Shown here: in pieces, positions 39,863 to 53,804 of the stretch
Layout of the letters: every line of letters begins with the position of its first letter
Position numbering within the stretch: the first letter of the stretch is position 1
Assembly (NCBI RefSeq): GCF_006345805.1
Contig: NC_043011.1
Coordinates: 124,001 to 188,000, forward strand
Reading direction: 5' to 3'
Length of the DNA stretch: 64,000 nucleotides
From: Octopus sinensis
Lineage: Eukaryota
Program-made: the position numbers and the translations under genes
The notes under the pieces: generated by a model
Seen by the model: only the letters and a program-made list of their open reading frames with translations
What the model was told of the DNA's origin: nothing
Databases searched by the model: none

Positions 39863-40051
39863 TTGATAGGGAAAACAAAGTGAACAAAGTAAGCCTTATT
39901 TAGCATTTGGCTTTTATCAATGGGAAGTTACCTAAGAGAAGCAAGTCAGATTTGCATCTCTTAGGTACTTCGCATTGATAAAAGCCAAATAGCTTGAAAC
40001 ATCGATGTCATGCTAAATAAAGCTTACAGTTCACTGTGTTTTCCCTATCAA
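39863..40051. repeat. Long fold-back palindrome (MITE-like)
   Basis: Arms ttgatagggaaaac...cctaagagaagcaa and ttgcatctcttagg...gttttccctatcaa, tiny loop, ~18-nt indel in one arm. Confidence 0.8.
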
Positions 40052-40217
40052 CAGTGAGAATGAGAGTTCGAAGCCGCATTAGTAGATAAATATTCTTTAT
40101 CTGAGGATTAACACGGTTACCATTGATTTCACGCTGCGAAAAATCTCAGCAATTATCAAGCCCGCCACATGGGATGTTAGTGCTTGTCTCCAGTATGGTA
40201 GCCTTGATAACCCCCAA

Positions 40218-40273
<56 letters not shown>

Positions 40274-40924
40274 CATGCATACTTACATACATACATATAT
40301 ACTTACGTACCTACGTACGTACATACATACATACATACATACATACACACATACATACCTTACACACACCTACATACATAAATACATACGAGAATATGGA
40401 TGATGATAATCCGTTCTTCCGCCTCATCGTTATCTGTATTGCAACGCATTCTTCCACCGTGATGCATTCGACGTGTTTCTCTTATGTTTTACTTTTGTAA
40501 ACGATGATGACGGTAACGATGGCAAAAGGACCATCACTAGAACAAGACCATCATAATACCGTCAATGAACTCGGCCACCGAACGTGACTGGTATTTATAT
40601 TATCCAGTCACTGACAGAGAACGAAGGTAAATGCACCCCCGTCAGGAGCTGAATTGAAAATCTAAAAGAAAGGAACGCAACTAAGTGAGATTAAGCAAAG
40701 CTGCCTGATCGCTTCATTTGTCAGTCTACCAGCCTTGTCAGTCGTTTAATTAGCAACCGATTGATCAAGTTCTCACTAATTGCTTTCTACTCCTGGAAAG
40801 ATTGTCAGTGTGACAATGGCGGAGACACAATGAAACCACGTGAAGTGCTGAAAAGAACAGTAAGTTCCTTTTAGTTTTTGAAAAAGGAAGGTACATTAGA
40901 TAATGTGTCGTAAGGAAATTACTT

Positions 40925-41300
40925 CCTAACCACATGGTTCTAGGTTCAGTCCCACTGCGTGGCCAAGTATCTTCTACTGTAGCCTCGAGTCGACCAAAGC
41001 CTTGTGAGTGGATGTGGTAGACGGGAAACTGAAAGAAGTCCGTCGTATATTTGTGTGTGTGGGGGATGCTTGTGTGTGTGTATGTATGTGTGTATATTTA
41101 TGTGTGCGTCTGCGTTTGCCTTCCCCCCACCTGCCATCGCTTGACAACTGATGCTGATGTGTTTATGTCCCCGTAAATTGACAGTTAGAATAAGTACTAG
41201 GCTCAAAAAGAATAAGTCCTGAGGTCAATTTCTTCGACTAAAACCCTTTAAGACGGTGCTCCAGTGTGGCCGCAGTCAAATGACCAAAATAAATAAATGA
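40925..41300 (+). mobile_element. SINE family A
   Basis: Homologous to 712-1127. Confidence 0.8.
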
Positions 41301-41342
41301 ATAAAAATAGAAGAATATATATATATTATGGTGTATATATGG

Positions 41343-41379
<37 letters not shown>

Positions 41380-41478
41380 CCGGTCTTGACTGAAGACGAG
41401 GGTTTCGAGTGTCCTTCTGTTTATTGTGTCGTCTTCTAAGAGTTATACGTTCTTGTCCATGTTGTTTTTCTACATACC

Positions 41479-41518
<40 letters not shown>

Positions 41519-41537
41519 TAGATAGAGAGAGAGAGAG

Positions 41538-41573
<36 letters not shown>

Positions 41574-41810
41574 GGACTGATGGACGGACGGACAAACAGA
41601 CAGACAGACAGACAGACAGGCAGGCAGGCTGGCAGGCAGGCTGCAGGCAGGCTGGCAGGCAGGTATGTATACACACACACAAACATATCAGGCATTGTTA
41701 AACAGGTTGAATGTGTGTATGAGGTTTACACCTTTCTTAATATCAATGGAGATGGAATTCTCAGGAAATTGAATTCGTCAAATAGCGCCATTTTAACATT
41801 TTTTAACCTA

Positions 41811-41858
<48 letters not shown>

Positions 41859-42111
41859 ACTCACACACACACATGCACACACACACACATGTATGAGTAT
41901 ATAAAATACTCTGAAATACATACCGTCTTCCTTTCTCCTCCTTTCTGTGTATGGTTATGCGTGTGTGTGTGTGTGAGTGTGTAATGTCTTTATGCTAAGG
42001 ATATGTACCTTAGAGATTAACATGAAGATGTGAATATGTTCGCCCTGTCTGACATCGAAACTAAATCTTTCTTTTCTTCTCCATTATCATCCTCATCTGC
42101 TGCTGCTGCTG

Positions 42112-42154
<43 letters not shown>

Positions 42155-42471
42155 AATAAACATAATTTGTATTCATATATGTTTGTACTATTTTTCCGTT
42201 GTTGTTGCTGGCGAAGTATTTCCGATCGGATCAGTGCAGAAGCTGGAATTGACCGTTTTCAAAGATTAGCAAGAAATCTTGGACCAAAGTAAGGAATTCT
42301 TTGTGTATAAATCGGCTTAGATGGCATCATCCGTGTTAAGGGAAGCCTGTCAGAAATTCTTTCAGGTTGTTGCAACGTGTTTCACTATAGGATTATACAC
42401 AAATATATAATATATATATATATGATATATATATATATAATATATATTATATCTCATATATATATAATATA

Positions 42472-42507
<36 letters not shown>

Positions 42508-42749
42508 TTTTTATGCATATCTCTGAATATATGTATATAGATATATGTATGTGTATACATTCCCACCAAATACACCCTGCTCGTTTTTGTCATCCTCAAT
42601 TTACAATTTATGGTGCTACGCAGTAATTCACTTGTTGTAAACCACGACACACGAGTGTGCACACATGCAGACGTACATCCGTATGTGTATATATATATAT
42701 TCACTTGCTTACTTGCTTTCATATATCTATATATGTATGCATACATACC

Positions 42750-42785
<36 letters not shown>

Positions 42786-44599
42786 AGTGTTTGTGCGTGC
42801 GTATGTATGTACATATATATGCACGTGTGTGTGTCCATATGTATGAATGTTTGTATATATATTCAATTTGTGAATATGTAATTGTATTGTACATACATAT
42901 TGATGTAAAGGTTTTACAATTTTGCATAATAATATTTATAATGCAATAGGAATAAGGTGAAGAGACGACAATCATCATATGGAAGAAATGGGAAAGCGAA
43001 TTAGTTTTCTCCTCTCATACATCCTGAATTCACACAATATATAACCACCAGCACCAACAACACAACCCTATATCAGTCATATAATGTGCAGGGGAATGGA
43101 TGTTAGACTCCTCTTCATATCTGCTCTCCTATATCTGAATGGAATTTTGCTATCTTCAAGTATGAAACCACCGACGGACGAAGTTTCTGAAAATCCTTGT
43201 GAAATCTGAAGTCTCGCGACGAAAAGCAGTGGAATTGTTTTTTATCTCTTAGACCGACGATCATTGGTTAGGACCCTTTCAAAGGGTTTCCAAGACCAGT
43301 GGGTTGGGGATTGGGGAAGACGGTATCCTCAAACCAAAGATAGGGCCAAATACTTGCAAGTGAGTAGATTTGACTAAAATCAGCCTAGGTGCCAGATGTT
43401 GATATGAAGCTGGGTGACGGCGTAAGCCTACCCCTTCAAAGAGGGCAACACAGTTTTGAACGTAAAGCACCAGTTACCGAAATAAATACTGCAAGATAAT
43501 CAAACACTTCCGCCACTCCTTTGCGCTCGTATTCTACTTACACAACCCATTGATATCCAGGATCCCCATGAGAAGTTTGGCAAGGGCAAGGACTGCGTTT
43601 AAAGAAGTGTGAAGATTTCGAAAAATTCAAAGGGAATGTGAAATTTTCCTTTATGGAGGGGCTGAGCAAATAGCCACAAGTCCATCGTTGGATCTTCGGG
43701 CACCAGGCCTACATACTGCTTAAATCCATCTTTTGTTAAGTCATAGCGGCGTCGTATAAATGAAGCGACCCACGGGAGAGACAACTGTAATCTGTCTATC
43801 AAATAGGATTGGCCTCGAGATGTTGGCTACACAAACTGCAGAGCTAATTACGTGCGGTTATAATTGAAAGGAGTAGAACTGGATAAAAATATTACCAGAG
43901 GTTGTACGTGAGGGACGGGTTATACTTATTTCTAAATCTAGTTATTAGCAATATATCATTGAAAACTGGTGATTTACATTGAAACGCATAAAAACAAAGC
44001 AACAGTCTGTACGTGCAGGGACACAAATATGAATGTACACTTCGACACAAATATGACTGTGTATTGTGTCTATATATGTAGATATAGCAGCATACCAGAT
44101 ATCATATATATATATCATATATATATAAATAGAATATATATATAATATATACATATATTATAATATATATATATAATAACATATATTCATATATATAGAT
44201 AAGATATTATATATACATAGATACATATATACATATAACATGTATACATATATATATATACATGATATATAATTATATACAGGATATATATAATACATGT
44301 AATTATATATATATACATGTAATATATATATGTATATGTATATATATATGTATATATATATATATATATTATGTATATATATGTGTGTATATATATATGT
44401 ATTATATATGTATATATATATGTATATATATATATGTATACTATATATATATATAATATATATAATATGTATATATATATATATTTATATATAATATATG
44501 TATATATTATGTACATATATATGTATATATATATATAGATGTATATTATATATAAGATATATATATATAGATATATATGTTATATGTTGTATAATATAT

Positions 44600-44630
<31 letters not shown>

Positions 44631-44741
44631 CATGATATATATATATACATGTATGTATACATGAATATATACGTGTATGTATATATGTTATATATTATGT
44701 ATATATGTATGGATATATCTATGATATATATATATATAAAT

Positions 44742-44803
<62 letters not shown>

Positions 44804-44989
44804 TATGTTGTGTGGCATTGGAAATAGTACAACAATGTACCATTTTTTGCTGGAAATAGCAGTTAGACGCAAGGTAAAGCTTCATTGAATGTATATAATT
44901 AGATAGATAGATTTTAAACTTATATGAATATATATATATACATATATTCATACGTATGTATATATATACACATTATATACACATACACA

Positions 44990-46192
44990 CAGGGTGCGTA
45001 AGATATTTGAGGAAAGACTCATGTTTATAAGAAAAAACATATATTAACAGATAATAACTATTATCAAAAAATGCTTTGAGGACAAAAATATACCTTCTTT
45101 TCTGTTATTCAATAAAGCCACCTTCAGCTTCAACAACTGCTTCTATATGAGATCTAAATCATCTACATGCTCGAATCAATTGGTCCTGGCACATTTTGGA
45201 CATTACTCTGACTATGGCAGTTTTCAAAGCATCTTTGATTTTATGGGCATGTTCATTGATCTCTCAACAACTATTGTCCAATGGATTGAGATCTGGGGAA
45301 TTAGGAGGCCAAATGTTAGGGGTTATGTGATCATGGAAATTTTCAGCCATCCATTCCTGTGTCACTAGAGCCATGTGTGATAGTGCAGAGTCTTACAGAA
45401 ACACATATGACCTATCATTGCATACACTGTCTATCCTGGGCTTAACAGTTGTTTCCAGGATCCCAATGTAGGCGGTAGAGTTAACTCTAAGGCCTTGTGG
45501 AAAGAAGTAAGGAGGCATCACATGTCCTTCATTGTTGACAACCCCTAAAACCATGACAGTTGCAGAAACTTTTGTAAGTATAACACTTGGAAATTCAAAC
45601 GTGTCTGCACATAACCATCTGTCATTTCTTCTGTTAACTTTTTGATCTTGGTGGAAGTTTTTCTCGTTTGAGAAATGCCAAATCAAATTTTCTGCTGGAT
45701 TTTTCAGTTTAAGAGCCTTTTAGCTCTGATGTAGTGATTTTCTTTTGCTTTTTCTAACAAACTGAGCTTTCCTCATCATATAAGACTCATATCTGATGTG
45801 TTTGTGGACAACATTTCTGACTGTTCCTTCTAACACATGGAGATATTTTTCAACTGACTTCATGGACTTTCTGGGATTGTAATCAATGATCAGTTAAACT
45901 TGGTGGATAAATTCAGGTTTTCTTATGATTTCAGAGCGTTTAGAATGCTTTTTTATACTTTGATACTGGTGATACGCTTTTGTAGATGAAAGATCTGGCA
46001 ACTTTTAAAAATCAAGATATTTCTAAATCGCTATGCTCAGCCTTTATAACCACAATAACAGCATGCCTCTTCGTTTTTTGAATAAGCGGAGGGTCTGCCA
46101 TTATAATTTTCTGAAACAAAGATTATATAGAGTTAGCAACAAACGCAGCGATGACCCCAAAATATATGTCCTCAAATACCTTATACACCTTG
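44990..46192 (-). mobile_element. Tc1/mariner DD37D (maT-type) transposon, inactivated
   Basis: ~25-bp TIRs (cagggtgcgtaagatatttgagg / cctcaaataccttatacaccttg) with TA at the right end; FSNEKNF, *DSALSH...WPPNSPDLNPLD with 37 residues between the 2nd and 3rd catalytic D; internal stops. Confidence 0.85.
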
Positions 46193-46272
46193 TATATATT
46201 CACATAGAAAGGTACCTTTCTATATATTTTTGTACCTCTCTCTCTCATATATATATATGTGTGGGGGGGCTA

Positions 46273-46318
<46 letters not shown>

Positions 46319-46870
46319 TATATATATATATATATATTATATATTGCATATACACACGCACGCGCGCACACACACACACACACACAAACATACACACACA
46401 CAAACACACACACCCTGAAATATCTAATCACAGTCCCTTAACTGTCAGTCCACATATTGTGTTAAGCGTTTGATGAAAGGGCTTTTAACACGATTTTCGT
46501 TTAGCACAAAAAAGGGGTCCGCTTAATTAGACGACAAAGATCCAGTGAATGAAAAAGCGAAAACTGAATGAGAAATTAATATGTAGACAAGGGGATAACT
46601 GGTCGGGTGGGTTGATGGGTGGGATTATGGGTGGGATTGGGGTCCAGGAACAGACAGCAACTATCACCTGACATGTTGCCCTTTGACTTCAGTCATAACG
46701 CCTTAAGATGGAGTAGGTTGGAGTGAGGTAGGCACAATTATTAACCTTAAACTTGCTTTACTGGGTGAAACGCAATCTAAAAGATTTGAAAACGATGAAA
46801 GAGATCGTTTCTGTACCAAGCTATCCGTCTAGTGATGGACAGATGGAAAGATATGCCGAATTATCTATCC

Positions 46871-46957
<87 letters not shown>

Positions 46958-47709
46958 AAAATACACACACATGCATATATATATACATCCACACATATAT
47001 ATATATATCGACACACACACATGTTTTGCGTTCTTATCCCATTTTGTATTTTTATATATATTATTGCGGCGTAACGTACACCTTGTTCTCTTATATATAT
47101 ATATATATATATATACAAACATACATACACACACGCATATATGTATACTGTGTATGAGCGTGCGTGTGTATTTGTGAGATAACGTATCGAACTGGAGCAT
47201 TCGAAATCTTAGTCAGTATGCAGTAAATAAAAACAATATAAACGATAGACAAATATTGTTTTCTGTTTCTGCTGCAAGCTAAGGAGATCACATTAAATAT
47301 ATTTCCGACTAATTCTGGCTTCATCAGCGAACTATACCCTACATAAAATTTTCCAAAGTTGTTTATCAATGAAGAAGTATTTCAAGGGACAAAACATTAT
47401 ATTTGATGTAAAATATGGAATAGCTTTGTTTTGAAATAAATAAACAGCCTTTATATTGATTTAATAATGCATCCATTATTATATTAGCGCATGCGCTTGT
47501 GTGTGTGTGTGTGATTTTGTGTTGCTCTGCAATGTCTTCGACTGCAGACTTGTGCCACATTACGCGCCTGTCCAAGCAACATCAATTTGGAGGAAGTGAA
47601 CTAATGCACAGCACAGATATTTTGACCACTCTAGAACGAATCATTTGTGCAGGTTATTCAGAAAGCGATTGCAAATCCCTTCTTCTCGGACCACAGGACA
47701 CTACGAACG

Positions 47710-48770
47710 TGTATGTATGTGTGCGTGTATGTATGCATGCATGTACGTATGTATGTGTGTATGTGTGTATGTATGTATGTATGTATGTATGTATGTATGT
47801 CTGTCTGTATGTATGTATGTGTGTATGTATGTATGTCTGTATGTATGTATGTCTGTCTGTATGTATGTATGTGTGTATGTCTGTCTGTATGTGTATTTAT
47901 GTATGTTGTATGTATATTGTATGTATGTATGTATGTATTGGTATGTATGTAATGTATGTATAGTATGTATGTAGGTATGTATATATGTATGTATTGTATG
48001 TGTGTATGTATGTATGTATGCTGTATGTATGTTATGTCTGTATGTAATGTCTGTCTGTATGTATGTATGTGTGTATGTATGTATGTATGTATGTATGTAT
48101 TGTATGTATGTATGTATGTGTGTATGTATGTATGTATATTGTTATGTATGTAATGTGTGTATGTATGTATGTATGTCTGTATGTATGTACTGTATGTATG
48201 TATGTATGTGTGTATGTATGGTATGTATGTATGTATAATATGCATGTATGTGTAATGTATTAGTATGTATGTATATGTATGTATGTATGGTGTGTATGTT
48301 AGTATGTATGTATGTATATATGTATGTATGTGGTGTATGTATGTAGTATGGTGTATGTATGTATGGTAGATATTTAATGTAGTGTATGGTACCAATGTAA
48401 TGTATGTATGTATGTATGTATGTGTGCATGTATGTATGTATGTATTATGTCTGTATGTCTGTCGGTATTGTATGTATGTATGTATGTATGTATGTGTTAT
48501 GTTTGTATCAATGTATTATGTATGTATGTATGTATGCATGTATGTATGTATGTATGTACCAATGTATGTGTATGTATATGTATGTACATTATGTATTATA
48601 TATGTACGTATGTATGTATGTATGTCTGTTATGTATTTATGTATGTATGTATGTATTATGTACGTATGTATGTATGTATTTATTATGGTGTGTATGTATG
48701 TATCAATGTATGTATGTTAATGTATGTATGTATGTATGTATGTATGTATATGTATGTATGTATGTTGTGT
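47710..48770. repeat. (TATG)n compound microsatellite
   Basis: Direct reading. Confidence 0.95.
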
Positions 48771-48789
48771 ATAAGTCATCAGCAGCAGC

Positions 48790-49020
48790 ACCAGCATCGT
48801 CATGATGATGATCATCATCATTTAACATCCATTTTGCACGCTGGCATTGGTTGGGTGTTTTGAAAGGAAGAGGCAAGTCGGAAGACTACACCAGGCTCTG
48901 CTGTCTGCATTTTGATATGGTTTCTGTGGCTGGATACCCTTCGTAATGCCAACCCCTTTACAGAGTGGCACTGGGTGCCTTTTACGTGGCACCAGCAACC
49001 GCAGTGAGGCCAGCGTGTAA
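48790..49020 (-). mobile_element. RTE-related 3'-tail repeat
   Basis: ggtttctgtggctggatacccttcgtaatgccaacc resembles a widespread RTE-type 3' UTR motif (recollection). Confidence 0.45.
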
Positions 49021-49376
49021 TTTGCAAGAGCAGTGCCCCTGAGCTGAGGGAAGGAGGGAGGGAGTAATATGGTAGAAAATGGATTTGTGCCAGGAGAGAC
49101 TCAGAGTATGGGTAGAGAGAAGGACAGAGATAGGCGTCTGACAGTAAAGGAGAAATTTGGCGACTTCAGTAGAATAGAGAGAGAGAGCGAAAGACAGAGA
49201 GTGAGAGAGAAGGAGAGAGGAAGGAGAGAGAAGATGGCAAAGGTGTGATGGGGGTGGGGGTGGAAGCTACACTCAATTTACGGGGAAGTGTAAGTGGGAC
49301 TAAAGATTGGATAGGGAGAGATTTTCAAAAGCAGAGTGGGGGGTAGGAAATATAGTGAGTGGACAGGTAGGTATAC

Positions 49377-49407
<31 letters not shown>

Positions 49408-49408
49408 T

Positions 49409-49453
<45 letters not shown>

Positions 49454-49825
49454 TGACTCTTCTTTTGTTTCCATTCGTTCCTTCTCTTTTTTTCTTTCCA
49501 ATAAATTGTGCCGAAAATCTAAAAGCCGTTCCCATCCTTTTCTTCTAATACCTTCATTGCTGTTGTCGCAATTTGTAGCTTTGATTTTTAAATATATACG
49601 TCTGTCTGTATATATATGTATGTATATATGTACGTGTGTGTTGTTATGTGCGTATACATATATATATGAATATATGTGTGTTTGTGTGACAGCTTGTGTA
49701 AAAGACTGCCGTAATTAAACCTTCTCGTTAGGTGGTAGAGTTTATTTTGTAATTTAACTTTCAGCTGTTTAAAAGCTTTCTTACTCATTATAGTCATTAT
49801 TACTGTTGTTCTTGCTGTTGTTGTT

Positions 49826-49835
49826 ATTATTATTA

Positions 49836-49906
<71 letters not shown>

Positions 49907-49915
49907 GTTATTGTA

Positions 49916-50007
<92 letters not shown>

Positions 50008-50105
50008 GTTGTTATTGTTGTTGTTGTTGTTGTTGTTCCTGTTGATGTTATTGTCATCGTCATCATCATCATCGTCATCATCATCATCATCATCATTATT
50101 GTTAT
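49826..50105. repeat. (TTA)n/(GTT)n/(CAT)n microsatellite
   Basis: Direct reading. Confidence 0.9.
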
Positions 50106-51054
50106 TACTGTCCTAATTTTTTATTCTTGTTATTTTTGTTGTTATTTCCTTTCTCCTCTCGAATTTTGACCCCCCCTCTCCTTGCCCTAATCTCCCCTAA
50201 TTTACACAACAGCCCCAACGTAGTTCCCTCTCAATGTGGTGGTCTTCTTTAACCACATGAAACGATACAAAACCGCAAAATACAAAAATTACAGTTTCTG
50301 TATCTGGGTGGTATCTGGGTCGGTTTGTTTTCGCTTTTGTTGGTTTACGTTGCGTTTGTGAGGGGTGTTGGGGGTGGGTGGAAGACCAATAGTAGGTGGT
50401 GGTGGTGGTGGTGGTGGTGGTGGTGGTGGTGGCGTGGTGGGGAAAACTGTTGTCTAATTAGTAAACACTGATGTCTCTCTTTCATATGACTGTCAAAATA
50501 TGAGATATGAGGGTCAGGGAAAATTGGAAAATAAAACCCGTCGCTGTTGTTGTTGTTCTTCTTGTTGGTGGTGGTGGTTTTTCAGCGGTTCACCGTTATC
50601 ATCTTTGTTATCGTCATCCATTGACGTCGTTATCGTCATCGTCATCATTCTCATCAGCATCATCATTATTAATCATCATCATCATCATCATCACGAACAC
50701 GATATCGTAGCAAAGTCCGCTCACCTTCCAAAATACAGCAATAACTGATTCGTTTATCACGCCAACGTCTTTGCGGTAACGCACAAGCATCTTCTCATCT
50801 CGTTCTCTTCTATAAATTCGTGGATTTGTACATCACGAAACTATCATCATTAATATTTCTCTCATACAGGTAGGCAGCGCGGAAGAAAGACGGTTTTCGC
50901 CTGTTTTTGAAATTTTTAATACGATACGAGGCAATTCTGAAACATTTGCACAGCTGTATAGTTTGTATATACACTCTCTTTTTCTGTCCCATCGCTTTCT
51001 CTTTCTCTCTCTCTCACTCATTCTCTGTATGTGTGCATGTATGTATATATATTT

Positions 51055-51458
51055 CTCTATTGCCCACAAGGGGCTACACACAGAGCGGACAAACAAGGAC
51101 AGACAAAGGGTTTAAGTCATTTACATCGACCCCAGTGCATAACTGGTACTTATTTAATCGACCCCCGAAAGAATGAAAGGCAAAGTCGACCTCGGCGGAA
51201 TTTGAACTCAGAACGTAACGGCAGACGAAATACCTATTTCTTTACCTACAAGGAGCTAAACACAGAGAGAACAAACAAGGACAGACAAGCGGATTAAGTC
51301 GATTATATCGACCCCAGCGTGTAACTGGTACTTATTTAATCGACCCCGAAAGCATAAAAGGCAAAGTCGACCTCGGCGGAATTTGAACTCAGAACGTAGC
51401 AGCAGACGAAATACTGATAAGCACTTCGCCCGGTGTGCTAACGATTCTGTCAGCTCGC
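51055..51458 (-). mobile_element. Tandem pair of SINE family B (alternative-tail subfamily)
   Basis: Two head-to-tail copies with tail gcccacaaggggctaaaca...acaaacaaggacagacaa, as at 27315. Confidence 0.8.
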
Positions 51459-51464
51459 TTTATA

Positions 51465-51516
<52 letters not shown>

Positions 51517-51579
51517 TATGTATATGTATGTATATGTATATGTGCGTCTATATATATATATATGCATATGTATAAGTGC

Positions 51580-51623
<44 letters not shown>

Positions 51624-51708
51624 CGGGAAGCTTTATGAAAATAGACAAAAGGCAGGTTTACGGAAATAAACAAAAGACGAAGGCAGGTGGAATACAAACA
51701 AACAATTG

Positions 51709-51756
<48 letters not shown>

Positions 51757-51986
51757 AATCCCTTTGACCTTCGTTCCATTATTACACTATCTTTCTGTCT
51801 GTCTCGCTATCTATATCTATCTATTATATATCAGTATCATTTGCGATATGTATATATATATTTAAGTCACAATATATGGATTTGACTAATCCCGTGGTAC
51901 TTATGAAAAATGCTCCTAAATGTATTATTCGACAAATTTCACAGAATATATCTAGTACGATACGAAAGAAAAACATGAGTGTATAA

Positions 51987-52120
51987 AATTATAAATAGAG
52001 AAATATACTTCGATAAAATTTATTTTACCACTGGATATTCATGCGAAACAATTGTTGTAAAATATAAATATCCGATGGGAAAATAAATTTTTATCGAAGT
52101 ATATTTCTCTATTTATAATT
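51987..52120. repeat. Palindromic MITE-like hairpin
   Basis: ~50-bp arms aattataaatagagaaatatacttcgataaaa / ttttatcgaagtatatttctctatttataatt. Confidence 0.75.
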
Positions 52121-52132
52121 ATCTGTCTCTAC

Positions 52133-52218
<86 letters not shown>

Positions 52219-52223
52219 GTACT

Positions 52224-53762
52224 GTGTGTAGATTTAGCTCACAAACAAACTGTAAAGCCAGAAATGTAGTCTATAGTATAAGATGTATAGAGGGACGATG
52301 CAGTAACAAGACAATGACATACGTAGGGGAAACGGCACGAAGCATAGGAGAGCGGGTAAATGGACATTGGAGAGAACTTAAGGAAGGAAAGAGCTCATCG
52401 GTTCTATACCAACACGCCGAGCAGGAACACGGGTGCTCAATCAACAACATAGAAGTTAAAATCTTGTCCACACATAGAACAGACGCAACAATCAGACGGA
52501 AGCAAAGTAACACCAAATATATAGTGCGTGTGTTTTTATTGGCTAAACTGGCAAAATGACCATTCCTAAATACAACAATATCCGTTTCAACACACGATTT
52601 CACATAAAAAATCTTGCACAACAAATATATAAACGTAACAACGTGAGCCATAACCAGGCTAGCAAGAAGCTGAAGGACACTGTATTCTGTTGCCTAAGGA
52701 AAACTGTGACAACGCAACAGCTTCATTTTATCAAACAATGTGTCTCGTCCAGAATATGTATCAACAAAGTCACATTCAACGTTGAACGGCTTGATCTCAT
52801 CAAAGGCCAAGCTGAAAAGCTAAAAAGGACGCTGATGGTAAATATTAGAAACAAAATATACAAAGAGCTAAGCGAGCATGAAAAACACAAACGTATATTT
52901 TTAAGAGAAATTAAAAACATCACTACACGAACAGAGAGAACCACACTTATGAATACAATATATGCAGAGAACAAACATATTATACACGAGTGCAATAGAC
53001 ACTTTGAAAGGAAATTGTCGTGGTTAAAACATAAATATCATTATAAACTCGCAAAAGAAGAAAAACAGAAGTATCCAGGTACAATAAACGGAATTATAAT
53101 GGCAGATGTCCCACTAGCAGCAGAATTCCACAAGGACAATGAAGCGAACATCTATGGGGGAATAACGAGGGACCCAGACGAAATATCGATACTTCAACTA
53201 CCACCAAAATATGCGATATAGGATAAGGTGAATACCATCCAATGCCTGTCCGAGATTGAAAAGTCGTTCAAAAAAATACGTTGGAATTTAAATAGGTACA
53301 ACGACAACAACAACAATACGAACAACAATAACCGCAGCAACAACATCCGTAGCAACAAAAACAACAACAACAGCAAAAATGAATGCATGAACACAAGCAA
53401 CAGATACAAATACAAAAACATAAACAGAGAAAAAATTGTATACAACAGCAACAACAACACCCACAACAACAATTATAGGGGGGACGGACACACAAACACA
53501 CACACAGATAACCATAGTCACAAGGACACGAATAAAAGTTGTGTCATGGGGGTCACGATGGAGAATAAAGTTGAATGCAACAGAATTCTTGGACAGGGAG
53601 TCAGCAGACTTGAAACAGAAAACACTACTGGTAGGAACAAAAATAACAACCACAACAGAGAGAATGGCAGGGACCAACAGACAGACATAAAACCCAACAC
53701 AAATACATACACCAGAAACAGGAACAATGAGAATATCACTAACCAGAATGATAGCAATAATG

Positions 53763-53804
<42 letters not shown>

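Noticed and set aside
41385-41425. ctgaagacgagggtttcgagtgtc hammerhead-like motif (similar at 34273)
   Set aside because: GAAA and stem I are absent; at best a decayed relic.
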